A stretch of 64,000 nucleotides of DNA from Hydrolagus affinis (Eukaryota): NCBI GenBank assembly GCA_012026655.1, contig JAAILG010000034.1, forward strand, positions 1 through 64,000, given 5' to 3'. Each line of letters starts with the position of its first letter. The stretch's first letter is position 1. This document shows positions 11,305 to 24,029 of the stretch, piece after piece. The notes under the pieces were generated by a model. It did not search any database. It saw only the letters and a program-made list of their open reading frames with translations, and was not told the DNA's origin. The translations under genes and the position numbers were made by a program.

Positions 11305-12320
11305 CCAGAGTACCGTGTTCAGTTTTGGGTACCACACCTCAGGGAGGATATATTGGTTCTTGAGAAGGTGCAGTGCAGATTCACCAGAATAATGCCATGG
11401 TTTACATGGTTATATTATCAGCACAGATTGCATAATCCACAATTGTTTGTGGGACATTACTGCATGCATTGGCTGTTGTGTTTTGCCCACAAAATATACA
11501 GTCAATTCACCTTACAGTATATAATCCTTACATTTGATATAGCACTTTTCACGTCTTCTAGACGTCTCAAAGCACTTTATAGAATATACTGTAAAGTGAA
11601 TTGACTGTATATTTGTAAATGAAACACGACAGCCAATTGCGCATAGCATAGCAGTGTCCCACAAACAATCGTGGATTGAAATAATCAATTTATTACAGAA
11701 TTTTTTTTTAGGGAATATTATTAGGCGTGTGAAGTAAGGAAATTTGCCCAAGGTTTTGCCCTGCCTGGAATTGAACCCAGATCTCTCGCTTGTCAGGCGA
11801 GTGCTTCAACCACTGGGCTACAGGACTCCACTTCTATAAAACACTTTGAGATGTCTCAAAAACATGATAAGGCACAAAATCAAACAAAAGGTTTATTATT
11901 ATTATAAACTCGGTCTATTCCCTGGAGTTTAGAAGGTTGAGGGATGATCTGATTGAGATTTTTAAAATAATGAAGGGATTCAATAGTATAGATGAGGAAA
12001 ATTATTTCCTCTGGTGGGGAAATCCAGAATAATGGGGCATTATCTTAAAAATAGAGCCAGTCATTTAGGGGTGAAATCTGGAGGCAGTTTTTCACCAAAG
12101 GATGTTAGAAATCTGAAACTTACTTCCCCAAAAGACTGTGGGTTCTGGATTCATTTATACTTTCAAGACTGAGGTGGACAGATATTTGTTAGGTCAGGGT
12201 ATCAAGGAACATGGAGCCAGGGTAGCTAAATAGAGTTAAGGTACAGATCAGCCATGATCTTATAGAATGGTGGAACATGATCGGGGGCCTGAAAGGCCTG
12301 ATCCTGTTTCTATGTCATTT
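11305..12320 (+). mobile_element. CR1 LINE 3' part, interrupted by nested SINEs at 11436-11907
   Basis: EYRVQFWVPHLREDILVLEKVQCRFTRIMP...RLH, resuming as KLGLF and then (after a frameshift) RRLRDDLIEIFKIMKG; CR1 3' UTR GATCAGCCATGATCTTATAGAATGG. Confidence 0.9.
11521..11829 (-). mobile_element. full-length younger tRNA-derived SINE
   Basis: Minus strand GGAGTCCTGTAGCCCAGTGG (A box)...CTCGC-CTGACAA-GCGAG (anticodon-like arm)...GGGTTCAATTCC (B box), body and GGATTAT tail. Confidence 0.9.
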
Positions 12321-13474
12321 ATTTAGTGTTTTGTTGATGCTGCATTTGTGTACTCATTCAAGTTGGGTCACAGAAAGAGATTTATGGGGATGGGGTGGGG
12401 TGGGAGGCAGAGAAGAGAGTGGAGAGTCTTAAGACTATGTGGATGTAAAAAAAAGCACATGATATAAAGCTATTGTAGGAATTTAGCATTTGCACATTTA
12501 AAGAAACACACCTATCTGATCTAATTAGAATCAGACATTCTTCTAGTTTGTCTCGGCAAAATTTAATGACTTTGCAATCTTTTTGTAAAGTCCAAGCTTG
12601 AACAGCGAAGTAGATTTTCAGTGAAAAAAAATGGAAGTAGCTGCAGGGAAGGAGAGCTCCAGTCTGTGATGGCCCGGGTTCACTCAACACCCAGGAGGCA
12701 GAGGTGGCTTCATGGTGAGTATGCCTCTTTACCATTAAGCAGTCAGTGTTGAGTAAAGTTGGTACGTGGCATTGGTCGTTGATCTTTAGATTACAATGGC
12801 TGGTGTATCCCAAGATATCCCATATAGGCTCTTCCATCATACTGAACACACACGCCTATTGAAAAGCTTATTGGGAAATTCTGAGGTGTGGGATGACAGC
12901 TGCCAGAAGGCAATACCTGGAATTGTGGTTTGTGAAGAAACGCTCAAATATCTGGGCTTGGTATATGTTATGTGAAAAATGATATGCCTGACAACAGAAT
13001 ACTGGAATCAAGTCTGAATCTCTGTGGCAATCTTGGTAGTCCAATCCCTGAGCCAGGCAAGAACTTGGAGCAGCAGACCAGTTACTGGAGGCACAGAAAT
13101 TCTTGTCACTCAATTCTTGGTAAGCCTACAGCCAAAGTCCTAACAGATTGAATAGTTTGACAACAACAATTTGCATTTATATAGCATTCGTGCGAGTTAG
13201 TTTCTTGGAGTGCTTAAGAGTGGTGGAGCCTGGCGTCAAGCTGGAGAGAGGGGAGTGGTAATTGCAAGTGCGGTTGAAGAGCAAGGCCCTAGTGGGGAAA
13301 ATGTCCCAGAAAAACAGAAAAAAATATACAGTCAATTTCAGCTTTCTAAACATCCTGATGTATGTGGATATTCCAATTAATATTTAATAGCAAATGTTAA
13401 ACAACATTCTCAGACTAAATTTGTGACATAGTTCAGAGGATGGAGCGAAACTAACTTTGAAAAGGAAATGGTAA

Positions 13475-13690
13475 ACTGGAAGCGAAAAACAAATGCACAT
13501 TGTGTTTGATCCAAAAACATTTGAAAACCACAACAGGTCAATTAACATCTGAAAGAGAAAAACAGGTCAAAATTACTGGCCTTTCATCTGAACTCAATAA
13601 CAATGAGCTGCCATTCACTTTGGATTGCTGTGGATTTCCAGCATTTCAGTTCTAGTTTCAAATTTCTAATATCCACAATTGTCTTCCTTT
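13475..13690. mobile_element. old degenerate copy of the Penelope-type palindromic element
   Basis: CAACAGGTCAATTAACATCTGAAAGAGAAAAACAG...GCTGTGGATTTCCAGCATTTCAGTTCTAGTTTCAAATTTC resembles 19655-19899. Confidence 0.45.
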
Positions 13691-14429
13691 TTGCCTGGAC
13701 AAATTTAAAATCTTGTTACAACATTGATTCATACATCAAATTATACTCAACCTTACGCTCTCCAGTTGCCTCACCGTTGAATTGAGGATTCTATCGAAAA
13801 TAATGCTATCCTTTCAACTTTGTGTCCAGACAAAAGAAATGCACATCACTCGGTTGCTCAGGTGATATGAATACAGCTAAATGGATCCATAAAACCTGGA
13901 TTCAAATGTAGCGTGGGCTGGCTCAGAATTAATAATGTAATTCCATGGGAAATACAAGTCTTCACAAATGTTAATATAAAAATGGGAGTGTTCTTTAACT
14001 TGGGAGCTGAGATGAAACTTTGTACTATCTCTGACCTCTGCTATTTCATTACCTGCAGTAAGGAGTGCTCATTGCTGAAATTGGGTGTGAAGAAGAAAAG
14101 CAAGCTTTCGGTCAAACCCTGTGAACATCCTGTCTGAACATAATACTGTACTCAGATCTGTGGGTTATTGCTGCTTTGGGTCCAACCACATTATTGTGGT
14201 AGGATAAACAGATTGAAGCAAGATGCATCAAAGCTTTGCGCAGAATTCAGTATAGTAGAGAAACACAGCAATTTTAAGACTGCCAGATTAGCTGGAGGAA
14301 AATTATTAAATATAATTTGGGATACATACAAATTCATGGCTGAGCAACTGAACAGAGAAGGGGTAACAACATCTGCATGTGGGTCACTGTCCTGTCTTTT
14401 GTTCCTTGTCTTTCTTTGCGGTGAATTGT

Positions 14430-14950
14430 GAATTATAATGTGCTGCATTATGAAAACTATCATTCTTCGGATGAGGCGTTAAACCGCTTCTACTTGATGT
14501 TAGTGATCCCATTGTTTGAACAAAGAAAAGTAAGTATCCCCTGGTGTCCAGGTCAACAATCCCTCAATCGCAATGCTATGTGCTGTGCTGTTCATGGTGG
14601 TGAAGATAAAAATCATAACAAGGCTTTACATTTGATATTTTGTCTTTTACACAAGGAAGGATGTCTCAAAGCGCTTCACAGGGTCATACTGCAAAGCATA
14701 GTGACTATTTTGTAAGTGAACTCGGCAGTCAGTTTGCTCACAGCAATGTTGTAAAGTGAATGACCAATTTTATTTGAGGGATCGCTGGCCAGGACACCGG
14801 AGAAACTCCCTCCTCTTTTATCAAACAACACTTTGACGATCTTTACTGTCCTCCTGAATAGGTAGAAGAGGTTGAACGTTTCATTCAAAGGATGGTATCC
14901 GACAGCAGCTCTGACAACGCAGCCCTCCTCCAGCACTACACTGTTGAGTA
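14430..14950. mobile_element. convergent pair of Deu-type SINEs (+ 14430-14600; - 14605-14950)
   Basis: TTCGGATGAGGCGTTAAACCG on +; reversed tail CTTTACATTTGATAT...CTCAAAGCGCTTCACA and GGCCAGGACACCGGAGAAACTCCC on -. Confidence 0.7.
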
Positions 14951-16399
14951 ACTCACCCATTAGTGTGTATCTCCTTCTCTGTTCAGTAAACCACCCATTA
15001 ATTCGAGCTGAGTAAACAAGCTGTGATATATCTGGCGTCCCACAATCCTTTGAGACCTTCTCCCCAAAGTGAACTCCCGTCATGCAATCCTTCTCTTTCA
15101 GTTTGAACTTCCAGCAGCTTTGGCTGTGTTGTTTGATTAGGATTTAGCCTACTGCTGACAGATTGTATTAGGACAGGCCCCTGGCTGTGCCAAAAAGAAC
15201 AAGCTAAGCAAAGGATTACCCAATAACCTCCCACCAATGCAGTCAATCTGTCACTGAGATCAAAGAGCTGCTCAGGAGATGAAACACACTTTCGGCAGGT
15301 GCTCAGTCATAAATTCAAGCTAATACAAATAGTTAATTAGAATGGTTAACTCCTAGATACTGTAGTTCAAATCATTTATTCCATTCTGTTGAACCTGGAT
15401 GTGCAAACTGAGTCACAGTACTGTCAATTGTTACCTCTCCTCCTCCCTCTACCAGACACACACCCACACACATACACACCTACCAAATAAAGAACAGCGC
15501 ATTTCCTTGTGAACACAAACTACCTTGTACTATTTGCCTCCAACTAATCGGGCAGCTTATGCAGACTTTACACATGAGTTTGAATCCAACAACTCATGAC
15601 ACCAGTTAAGCCGCAGTACACAAATAAAGTGAGAAAGACATTGAAACTGGGAATAGTCAGACTTAGTCGAGATACAGCCTTGGTCTTCACTGAGGCTAGG
15701 TCCTTTGGGGTAAAAACACCAATAAAATCATCTGTGTCCTCAGTACGTTGTCAGTGCATCAAAATGAAAATGAAATTCAAAATGTCATTGAAAATAAAAA
15801 AGAACGCTTTTGGCTTTAATTACCTTTAAAAAGCCTATGAAAGGTATTTTCAGCTCAGGTTTTTAAACGTACATCACATAAAACGTTAGATGCATTTTTC
15901 ATATCTTTATTAAAAAAGACATTTGGGCGTTTTTTTAACCTTTGATTCTATACTGCTGTCCTCAGTGGATTACCCCATACTAGTCTGGTTAATATGAATA
16001 TTATCAAAATTACAAAATATTGTCTGTAACATGCTTGTTTGTAATTTTGCTTAAGTGGCATTTTTTCACCCTGGCCAGAGACCGTCCTCATTTCTGGAGA
16101 TAGTCCAGATAGATTAGCAGTGCCATAAATGTTTTGCTGGGCTAACAAGACTCATTGCTGGTCAGTCCAGGAATCTATCCAGACTTATGGACTCAGTAGC
16201 AGGAACTACATACTGTATTTCAACTTGCCTCAAAAAGTAACTGTGCGGCTTTTTTGGGGTTTCGATACTGCAATGGGTGGAGCTAAATCCAACATTAATG
16301 GAAATAAAGTAATGCCTTTTCATCATGAAATTTAGGCCTCCAAACTGATATTCAGTGTTGGAAAGTTGGATGCCCATTAAAATCCACGGGCTCCCACAA

Positions 16400-16795
16400 T
16401 GACTCAGTGAGGAAGGGCACCGCCTGATACAAAACTATGCCATACAGGCCAGAAGGTCACCAGCTCAATTTCCAGTCTGTGCTCAGTTAGTTGATGTTGA
16501 CCAAGGAGCAGTTGGGAGACTGGAATTAGACTCACTGCCCTGGACTCAGGAGGTGTCTGTGTGTGGGGAGGAAGGTGGGGTGGGGAGAATGAGTCCCTCA
16601 TGATTCCTGACCAGATCACTATGATGGAAATGACACATATGTGGACTAGGATCAAACTCAGCTGCGGTGTCCTACAAAGGTTGAATAACCAACTCCCTCT
16701 CAGGCCACCCATGATGAATGGCCACTTATGCAAAGTGTCGGAGGGCAGTCACCCCGGAAGAGTCAATGTCTTCAGAGGAAGAACATAGGAGGTTA
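16400..16795 (+). mobile_element. ancient SINE, AmnSINE2-like
   Basis: CCATACAGGCCAGAAGGTC...GTCTGTGCTCAGTTAGTTGAT...GGATCAAACTCAGCTGCGGTG...ATGATGAATGGCCACTTA; related copies at ~24580-24840, 28500-28735, 35250-35460, 61060-61190(-). Family name from memory. Confidence 0.55.
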
Positions 16796-19084
16796 CTTTT
16801 AGTTAATACTAAAAGTTAACACTAAAAGTTAACACTAACTTTGCAGATATAATTGACTTGAAACAGCAAGCACAGTCAGAATTGCCACAAGAGCCCAATT
16901 CAAGTCACAGATGGCACAAGAAATAAGCTGAATAGCTTTATGAGTCATTGTACACATCTCCAGCAATCCTATATCTTGTTTTCCTCCCATGTCAACTTTT
17001 CTGCACCTGCTTAAACATGCTGTTTGTCTGATCAGCTGCCGACTCGTATATTTATTATCACCTCAACCTGCCACTCAATAGATAGCCCACACAGGTTGCC
17101 CTTCATAATACTTCTTATTCTTTGTACCTCTCCAGTGAGCATGTCAAGTCCTATACTTAAACCTTGTGGCTACCACTGAGGAGATGAAAGGACAACCAGC
17201 CACCTCAAGGTAATACCTCTTTCACTTAGTACGTAAGAAAATCAAAACTTTGCAAAATAACAAAACTATAGAAATCTACACTTTAAATGTTAAGTGCCAA
17301 AGACAAATATTGTCAGTTTCAATCTTCTGTACAGAGTAAATCAAAACAATCCACATTCTTCCTCGTGTATGTGGCAACCGCCTTTAAAACAAATGTACTC
17401 TATGTTACACATGCATTACTAAATAATCCTGAGAAAACAGTTCAGTATGGAGGTACAGTGTTATTAGTTTGATGTTATATTTATATGTAGGTACGTATAT
17501 GTTTTCGGCAGGTAGATTTGCTTTGTTTTAAAGTTGAAGAGTGGTTTTGAACTCACAAAGCTTTAACATAGAAAACACAAATGCAAGGTAAGAGCATTCA
17601 CTAATCTGAATTGAAGACAGCACATATTTTAAGATTAAGGTTAACAAAGTTTGGGAAAAATCTATTCCTAAATTTACAAACACAAATCCAGTTCAAGTAC
17701 ATTTTCATATAAATATATACCTTCAAAACATATTTGATTTTTAAAAAAAGTCAATATTCCTTCTACAAACCATACATTTTAATTATGTGTTTCAAAATCC
17801 CCACACGTCGCACATTTGTGTATATGACTGTAGATTTATCCCAATCCAACATTCCTAGGACAAGTCACAGCTTCACACACAATTTTAATTGCTTATTAAA
17901 TTGAAAGGGGAGGTGCAGTTTTTATGAGCTAGATTTTAGATCACTCAGTTCGTGTGTAAAAGTTTGAAACTGCACTGGAAAATTTTAATTCAATTTGGTG
18001 CTTTTAAAAAATAAATGTAGCTGCAGGGTTTCGTAATTGAACTCTTCAATTTTCCAAGAATGAACACTGTGATTAAGGTTTTTCACACACTTACTTTGCA
18101 ATAACTTTGAGGGGACACACAACACACACACACACATATGTGGGCAAATGTTCCCTCTATTTTTCTCTCTTGATTTCCTTGGGCTACGTATGGCAATCAA
18201 AGCCAGCAAGGTTGGCAAGGAAAGAATTTGGTCCCAGGCTCCAACCAATGTGGCTATAAATCAGCCACTCAGAGATTAACAAGAGTAGCCCAGGTGTAGC
18301 TTTTGCAATGATGTTCCCTATATCTCTGGCCTTGATTCAACCCATCCCCATACTGATACTGCACAGCTAAGATTAAAAACTCAGCAAGGCAAGAATTTTA
18401 CTTGCTTCAAAAATTGACCATGGCACTCTGCACAGATGTTCTGCATTTATCATTTAGCAATGGCAGGAGTGGGGATTGATTCCTAAAGTTTAATTATTTA
18501 ATAATCCTCCAGTCTTCACCCACAATGGTGCAAAATAATGAGAGAGCAGCTAAACATAGATTGTATAAAATGTTCTTTATGTTCTCAAAAATATGTCTCC
18601 AGAATGTTGTTACGTCACATAATTATGAATAATCCCATATGAATAATATGTAAAGACACATATCTTTTAAGTCACTTCACTTAACAACAAGAAGTCTTTT
18701 CAATGTTTTAAAAATATAAATCTTTTCAATCAGGTCAAATTAACATGCAACTGTGCTGACATATTTTATCCTGCAGTGTAGGATGAATGAAAGAGAATCC
18801 TCAGGTGGATGTAAAAATGTAAAACCACTGTGTTCAGCCAGGCAGATCACCTGATTATAGATATCTGTAGCCATACGATGTGCAATTGTGAAACATCTAA
18901 AATGTGAAGAATTAGCAAATTCTGAGAACACTATAAACATTTTCGGGACAACTGCAAAGTACAGGCCTTCTCTATGGTGGAATCTAACACCTTATAAATT
19001 CAAAGTCCACTTAGAAAGTCATTTCTCCTGGGGTCCTAGCCAACAATCCCCAAGATAAATTGGAACACTGCTGTATGCAAATGG

Positions 19085-19200
19085 ATGGGTTTGCCTATAA
19101 GTCCAGTCACTGCCCTTCACAATAGATTCTGTGAAGCACTTTCAGACTCTCTTCTGGCATGAAGGGGGTGTTACTAAATGTAAAGATTATTATTATTATA
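19085..19200 (+). mobile_element. SINE 3' fragment
   Basis: TTCTGTGAAGCACTTTCAGAC...AAATGTAAAGATTATTATTATTA. Confidence 0.65.
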
Positions 19201-19654
19201 CTGTAATACATAAGTAGACAAGAAATTTTGCTGTAAATTAAATTTCTAATTTCTGGATAGCTCTGAGCTTCTGTGAAACTAATAGCAGAGGCGACTGTGC
19301 TGCCATATATTAACAAAACCAATGATTGTGATTCTTTACAAAGGTTCACTAGCATAATTTGCTCCACTTTTTCATCCTAATTTTTTTTAATGGAAATTTG
19401 GCAAAGGAATCGATTAAGGAACATGAGAAATAGATTTTATTTGTAAATCTCATGCATTTCCCTTCGGTTTATTTTCTCATTCAGTTTCCCAATTAATCAA
19501 GAATTTTGAAGTCTTGCAAATTATTTTTAGTATCTAATTTACCAGTCTCCCCTCCCAACCTTTGGATACTATCCCTTACTACTGACACTCAGTGACTTGT
19601 ATTGTTCACAAAGAATGGTTACTTGGATTGTAACAAAGAGAGTAGTTAACTGTA

Positions 19655-19899
19655 ACAAAAACAGAAGTTGCTGGGAAAACTCAGCAGGTCAGGCAGCATC
19701 CATGGAGAAAGGAAAGTGAGTCAACGTTGAGGGTCCCCAACCCTTTGTTAGAACTGATTCTGATGAAGGGTCGTGGACCCGAAACGTTGACTCACTTTCC
19801 TTTCTCCATGGATGCTGCCTGACCTGCTGAGTTTTCCCAACAACTTCTGTTTTTGTTTCAGATTTCCAGCATCTGTAGTACAGTACTTTATGTTTTGTT
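19655..19899 (+). mobile_element. non-autonomous Penelope-like fold-back element with 14-bp TSD
   Basis: ~100-bp inverted arms (19654-19755 / ~19757-19857), one-sided 3' tail; AGTAGTTAACTGTA repeated at 19641-19654 and 19900-19913. Confidence 0.85.
19756..19792 (+). ncRNA. minimal type I hammerhead ribozyme motif
   Basis: CTGATGA (19760-66), extra A, stem II GGGTC/GTG/GACCC, GAAAC (19781-85), GTT triplet (19786-88); palindromic AACGTT in place of stem III; weak stem I. Confidence 0.65.
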
Positions 19900-20062
19900 A
19901 GTAGTTAACTGTACCCCAGCAAAGAATCACAACATCTTCAAACGAAAAGGCAAGAGAGAAAATATTAAGCCACATCTTCTAGAAATCCTTTCCTCCTGAA
20001 GAAGTCATCCCACAAGATCCGACTCTATTGGATCACCAGTTGTGATACCTCTCTTCTCTTCG

Positions 20063-20125
20063 CAACAACAACAACAACAACAACAAAATTACAGCGCCTT
20101 TCACTTCAGGAGAAACATTCAAGAA
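20063..20125 (-). mobile_element. L2/SINE 3' tail with (CAA)n microsatellite
   Basis: About seven CAA units followed by ACAGCGCCTTTCAC. Confidence 0.65.
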
Positions 20126-23100
20126 GATGCAGGAAATTAGGGTGATCACCACAATTGATGTGAAATCTGCACACTGCTATTTTGTTATTGACCGCTGGGT
20201 TCCTATCCAGTTACTTTGGTGTTCATTTATTTGTGTACAGTACTTGTTTTTTCTATTTTTCTCAAGAAAAATGGCTTGCATATAAAACACAATGTCTGAC
20301 CAATGGATTGCCTCATGCAAAATACACAAGCAATTAATTGGCACAAGAAGCCAGTTTTACTGCATAGTTGCACTTGTATTAGAATTGAGCCCCCAGGAAT
20401 CAACTGCTGTAATTCTAATGAAACCACTTGCATGAACACAATACAATGACTAAAGAGTTAACTGGATTCAAATGACTATTAAGTCATTTGTTGCTACAAT
20501 GAGGAAAAGCAGGGTAATTCTTATTCTCTTACATGAATAATCATCTTGCATTATATTCGCAAAAACTTTCCAGCCCACTACCCATCTGCTTTAGTCTTTT
20601 AAACTTTTAGTGCTTGTGAAAGGAAGAGAGAACTGATTTCACATCAAAGTCCAAATCAATCTTGGAGCATTCAAAGCTTAGAACAGAGAGGTCTTTACAT
20701 TTTTTGCCAAGTGCCACAATGACTGAATGCTGATGCCTTAAAGGCACAGTAAAGAGGATGGATTTGGGAACCAGCAGTCACATTTAGGTCATGCTTTTCA
20801 ACAAGTCAAACCACAAGAATGTCAGAATGAAAAAACGTATGCACAAAAATTAATGTCTGGCGTTCTAGGTCAACAAGTCATAAAATTGGCACTGACCAGC
20901 ACATTTACTGTGTCTCCCATTGATTGTCTAGTTCAATGTAATTCTTCTTTGAGGACAGCCTGTAATTTTATTAATTTTGTTCTCCCATAAAAGAGTACTC
21001 TCTTGCTCCTCTTCCCTCCCCCCATAAAAAAGCACACTACAAAGATGAATTATGTTATGCACATGCAGCCATCAGCACCCTTCATTCAGAGCTCTCTGTT
21101 CTCCATTGAAAGCAACTATTATGCGTAGATTTTGCTTGACGCCAAAAAGGACAAATAATGATCACTTCAAGAGCACTGGTAATATTGTTGTTAGTGGTGG
21201 TTGTTGTTATATATTTATATCGAGTACAAAATATCCTGCAGGAGATTAACATTAGTGCAGTTTGCAAATTAGTCACAAGCTGATTCCCCATGTGCAAGCC
21301 TGAAAGAACTTTTTCCCCAGTGTAATTTCAAAGTTCAATCCTCCCCCAAAATTAAATGAAACGTTGAGCACATATAATCTAAATGGGAGAACAGTTCACT
21401 TTTTTAAAAATTACAATTTCTGTTGTGTTGTCAGCCATGCTCATAATTTCGCACAAACTTCAAAAGAATTTGCAATGCCTTCCGAAGTGAAAACAGTTTG
21501 AAAGCCTCATTGACCGTATTGGAGCTTTAACAAAATGGGAGTGTGGTTCAGTCACTCAGTAAACCAGTCAAGCGCAGCGGCAATAAGTGAGGCAAAGTAC
21601 TTATCTTTTTACCCTGGGGGATCCCAAGTTGCTTTTAAACTTTTTTGCTGCAAAAATAAATAATTTTATATTAGTTTCTTTGCATTGGAAGATATTTGCA
21701 TTGGCGTTTGTGCAATCACATAAAATAAAGTCTTACACCTTGCCAGACAGATATGCACAATCAATGGTAGACACAATTGCAGCAAAGCCACTCTTAAAAT
21801 GCTTGGTTTTTAACTGGTTTCCATTAGAACTGAAATTCCCAACAGGTCAGACATAAAAGAAGCCAGCTGCAGTTCAACATTAGGTCTTCCAGCCAGTGTT
21901 GGGCTGGGCACAGATAGATGACATTTAAGTAAACACCCAAACCTTTTTAGTCAACCGAAGTAGGTGATACTCCTATGGAGACAAATTATATGATTTCCAA
22001 GTTAGCAATTCAGTTAATTGCGCCTTATAAACATAAGTTAACACGTTTCATTGAATATACTTAAGAAATTGAGAGCAGATCTCAAGATCTGGGGGGCAGG
22101 GAGGTGGGGGTGAAAGTGCAAACACTTGTTCAATTTTAAAAGTGCCTGGGAATATCTGGAGATACTTTGCTTCAATGACAGCAGCAGTTGAAAAGACTTG
22201 GTGGAACTGAACCGGAAATATGACTTCAGAGTAGACAGTGGTTTCATAGAATGTTAAAGACTTTACATGCACACTACTTTAAACAAACATAAAATATCCT
22301 CATCACATAAATATAGCTGAATTTTAATTCTAGCATTAAAACTATTTGTGCAAGACATTTTAAGATACACTGAAAGTCAGGATTATACTTTGAGCCGAGT
22401 TTCTAATTGGAATCATCCCACATGACATCTACTGCTAGCACCAGAGAGATCAAGTGGATTTACCCACACACTAGCCTCTCTAGACCTATGACCCCAACCA
22501 CTCACTCAGACTGAAACTCCACTGTGTATTTCAGTCACTGAGCAAATCTGCGCAGACCAACAGGAAAAAGATGAGTTTAATCTCGACATCTATTTTCAGG
22601 CTGAATTCCAACAAGCTTAATGCATTTCAATGATAAATCATCTAAGGTTCCTCCAAACCCATCCAAATATTTAAATTGACCAATTGTCAATTCATCTCAC
22701 GTGCCCTGCTGGCCAAATCTGAGCAGTCAAAACTACACATTAAGCATTAATTATATCAATATATAAATCTTTTGCAATTTTGAGCAGTTTAGGAAAATTG
22801 TTGGATAAATGTTATATGAAAACTTGCTGTGATGTGTTAATGCTTGTTTTTCTGGGGGGCTTGGTGGGTTGATAGTACCTGTGTCTAGCCCATGGGAAGG
22901 TTCAGAGGTAAGCAAATACAATTAGCCCCATTATTGTGATATCACTCGTCAGCTCCCAATCTTGGTGGAAATTAGCAAAACATAAGAAGAAAAATTATGT
23001 GTAAAACACTGGCTCAGACATGTTAGCGAGAAACACAAATAAATGTTATTCCCTTCATACCTTCAATTTTCTGACAAATGAAGTCACCACACTGCTGTCA

Positions 23101-24029
23101 GAAGATTGACTGTGAAACGTATTGAGACATTTTTGCATAACAGGCGGTATATCAAACTAGGACTGGTATTGAAACACAAAAACTCTACATTGCAAGGCTC
23201 TTGTATAGGTGTACCACATGTGTGGAATGAACTCTGCATACAAACACAGACATGGCACATATCTGGACCCCTGTACATTACCAGTGCTTCAATGATTTCT
23301 GATAGTTGGATGAGTCTAAGTCCTTCAGAAAATTTAAATCTTACTGGATTATAAGTCAGGGTATACTTTCGGGACAGGGCACTACATTCCAAGAAAACTC
23401 AGCACCAAGATTCTGCAGCAGAGCCTCGCACGCTAGGCTGCAGCCAGGTCAAGTAGCACCAACAATGAATGCCTGTTAAAGCAGAAAGGCCCCTTAATGT
23501 TCTTCTGCTTTCATACCTATAAATCATAGGCATTACGCAGACATGGTTTAAAAAGATACATTAGTCGTTACAGTGGTCGATTTTCTAAATCAAACCTTAG
23601 GATTAGTTTCCAACAACCCCTGCTCAGTCTTTTTCATGTTGCTGCCTGGTGTGAAACCTTGTTTAGACAGCCAAAGGGTGGAGCTGCCAAACCTTCAAGC
23701 ATGCCAGAAAACACAGGCCACCACAGAGCAGCAAACAGGGGACCTTATATCAGAGCCAACACCACTTTGTCATCCCAAGAGTGTAGTTCCAACAAATTCT
23801 GCATACATATTCAATAAAGTAAAACTACCTTACTTTGAAGGAAAGCAACAGCACTAAATCCACCCAACAGTTCAAGCTGGGGTATTCACATGTTTATTTT
23901 TAAAGCAAGCAAAGAGCTGCTGCAAAAGAAGTTGTTTGTGCATCTTCAGCTATTCGTGTGCGACAACAACAACAACATTACATTCATAGAGCACCATTCA
24001 CGTCGGGAGGATGTCCCAAGGCGACAAAC

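Noticed and set aside
11755-11829. tRNA-like sequences (also ~32825-32897, 48420-48492)
   Set aside because: They are SINE heads: the anticodon position varies among copies (GAC/TGC/TAC) and each continues into the SINE body.
12382-12849. 155-aa ORF (likewise 14676-15083, 32182-32553, 47130-47510)
   Set aside because: No domain signature; some are antisense reads of LINE or SINE sequence.
15948-16218. Possible Tc1/mariner (Tigger-like) MITE
   Set aside because: It ends in ACTGTA but no convincing matching left TIR was found.
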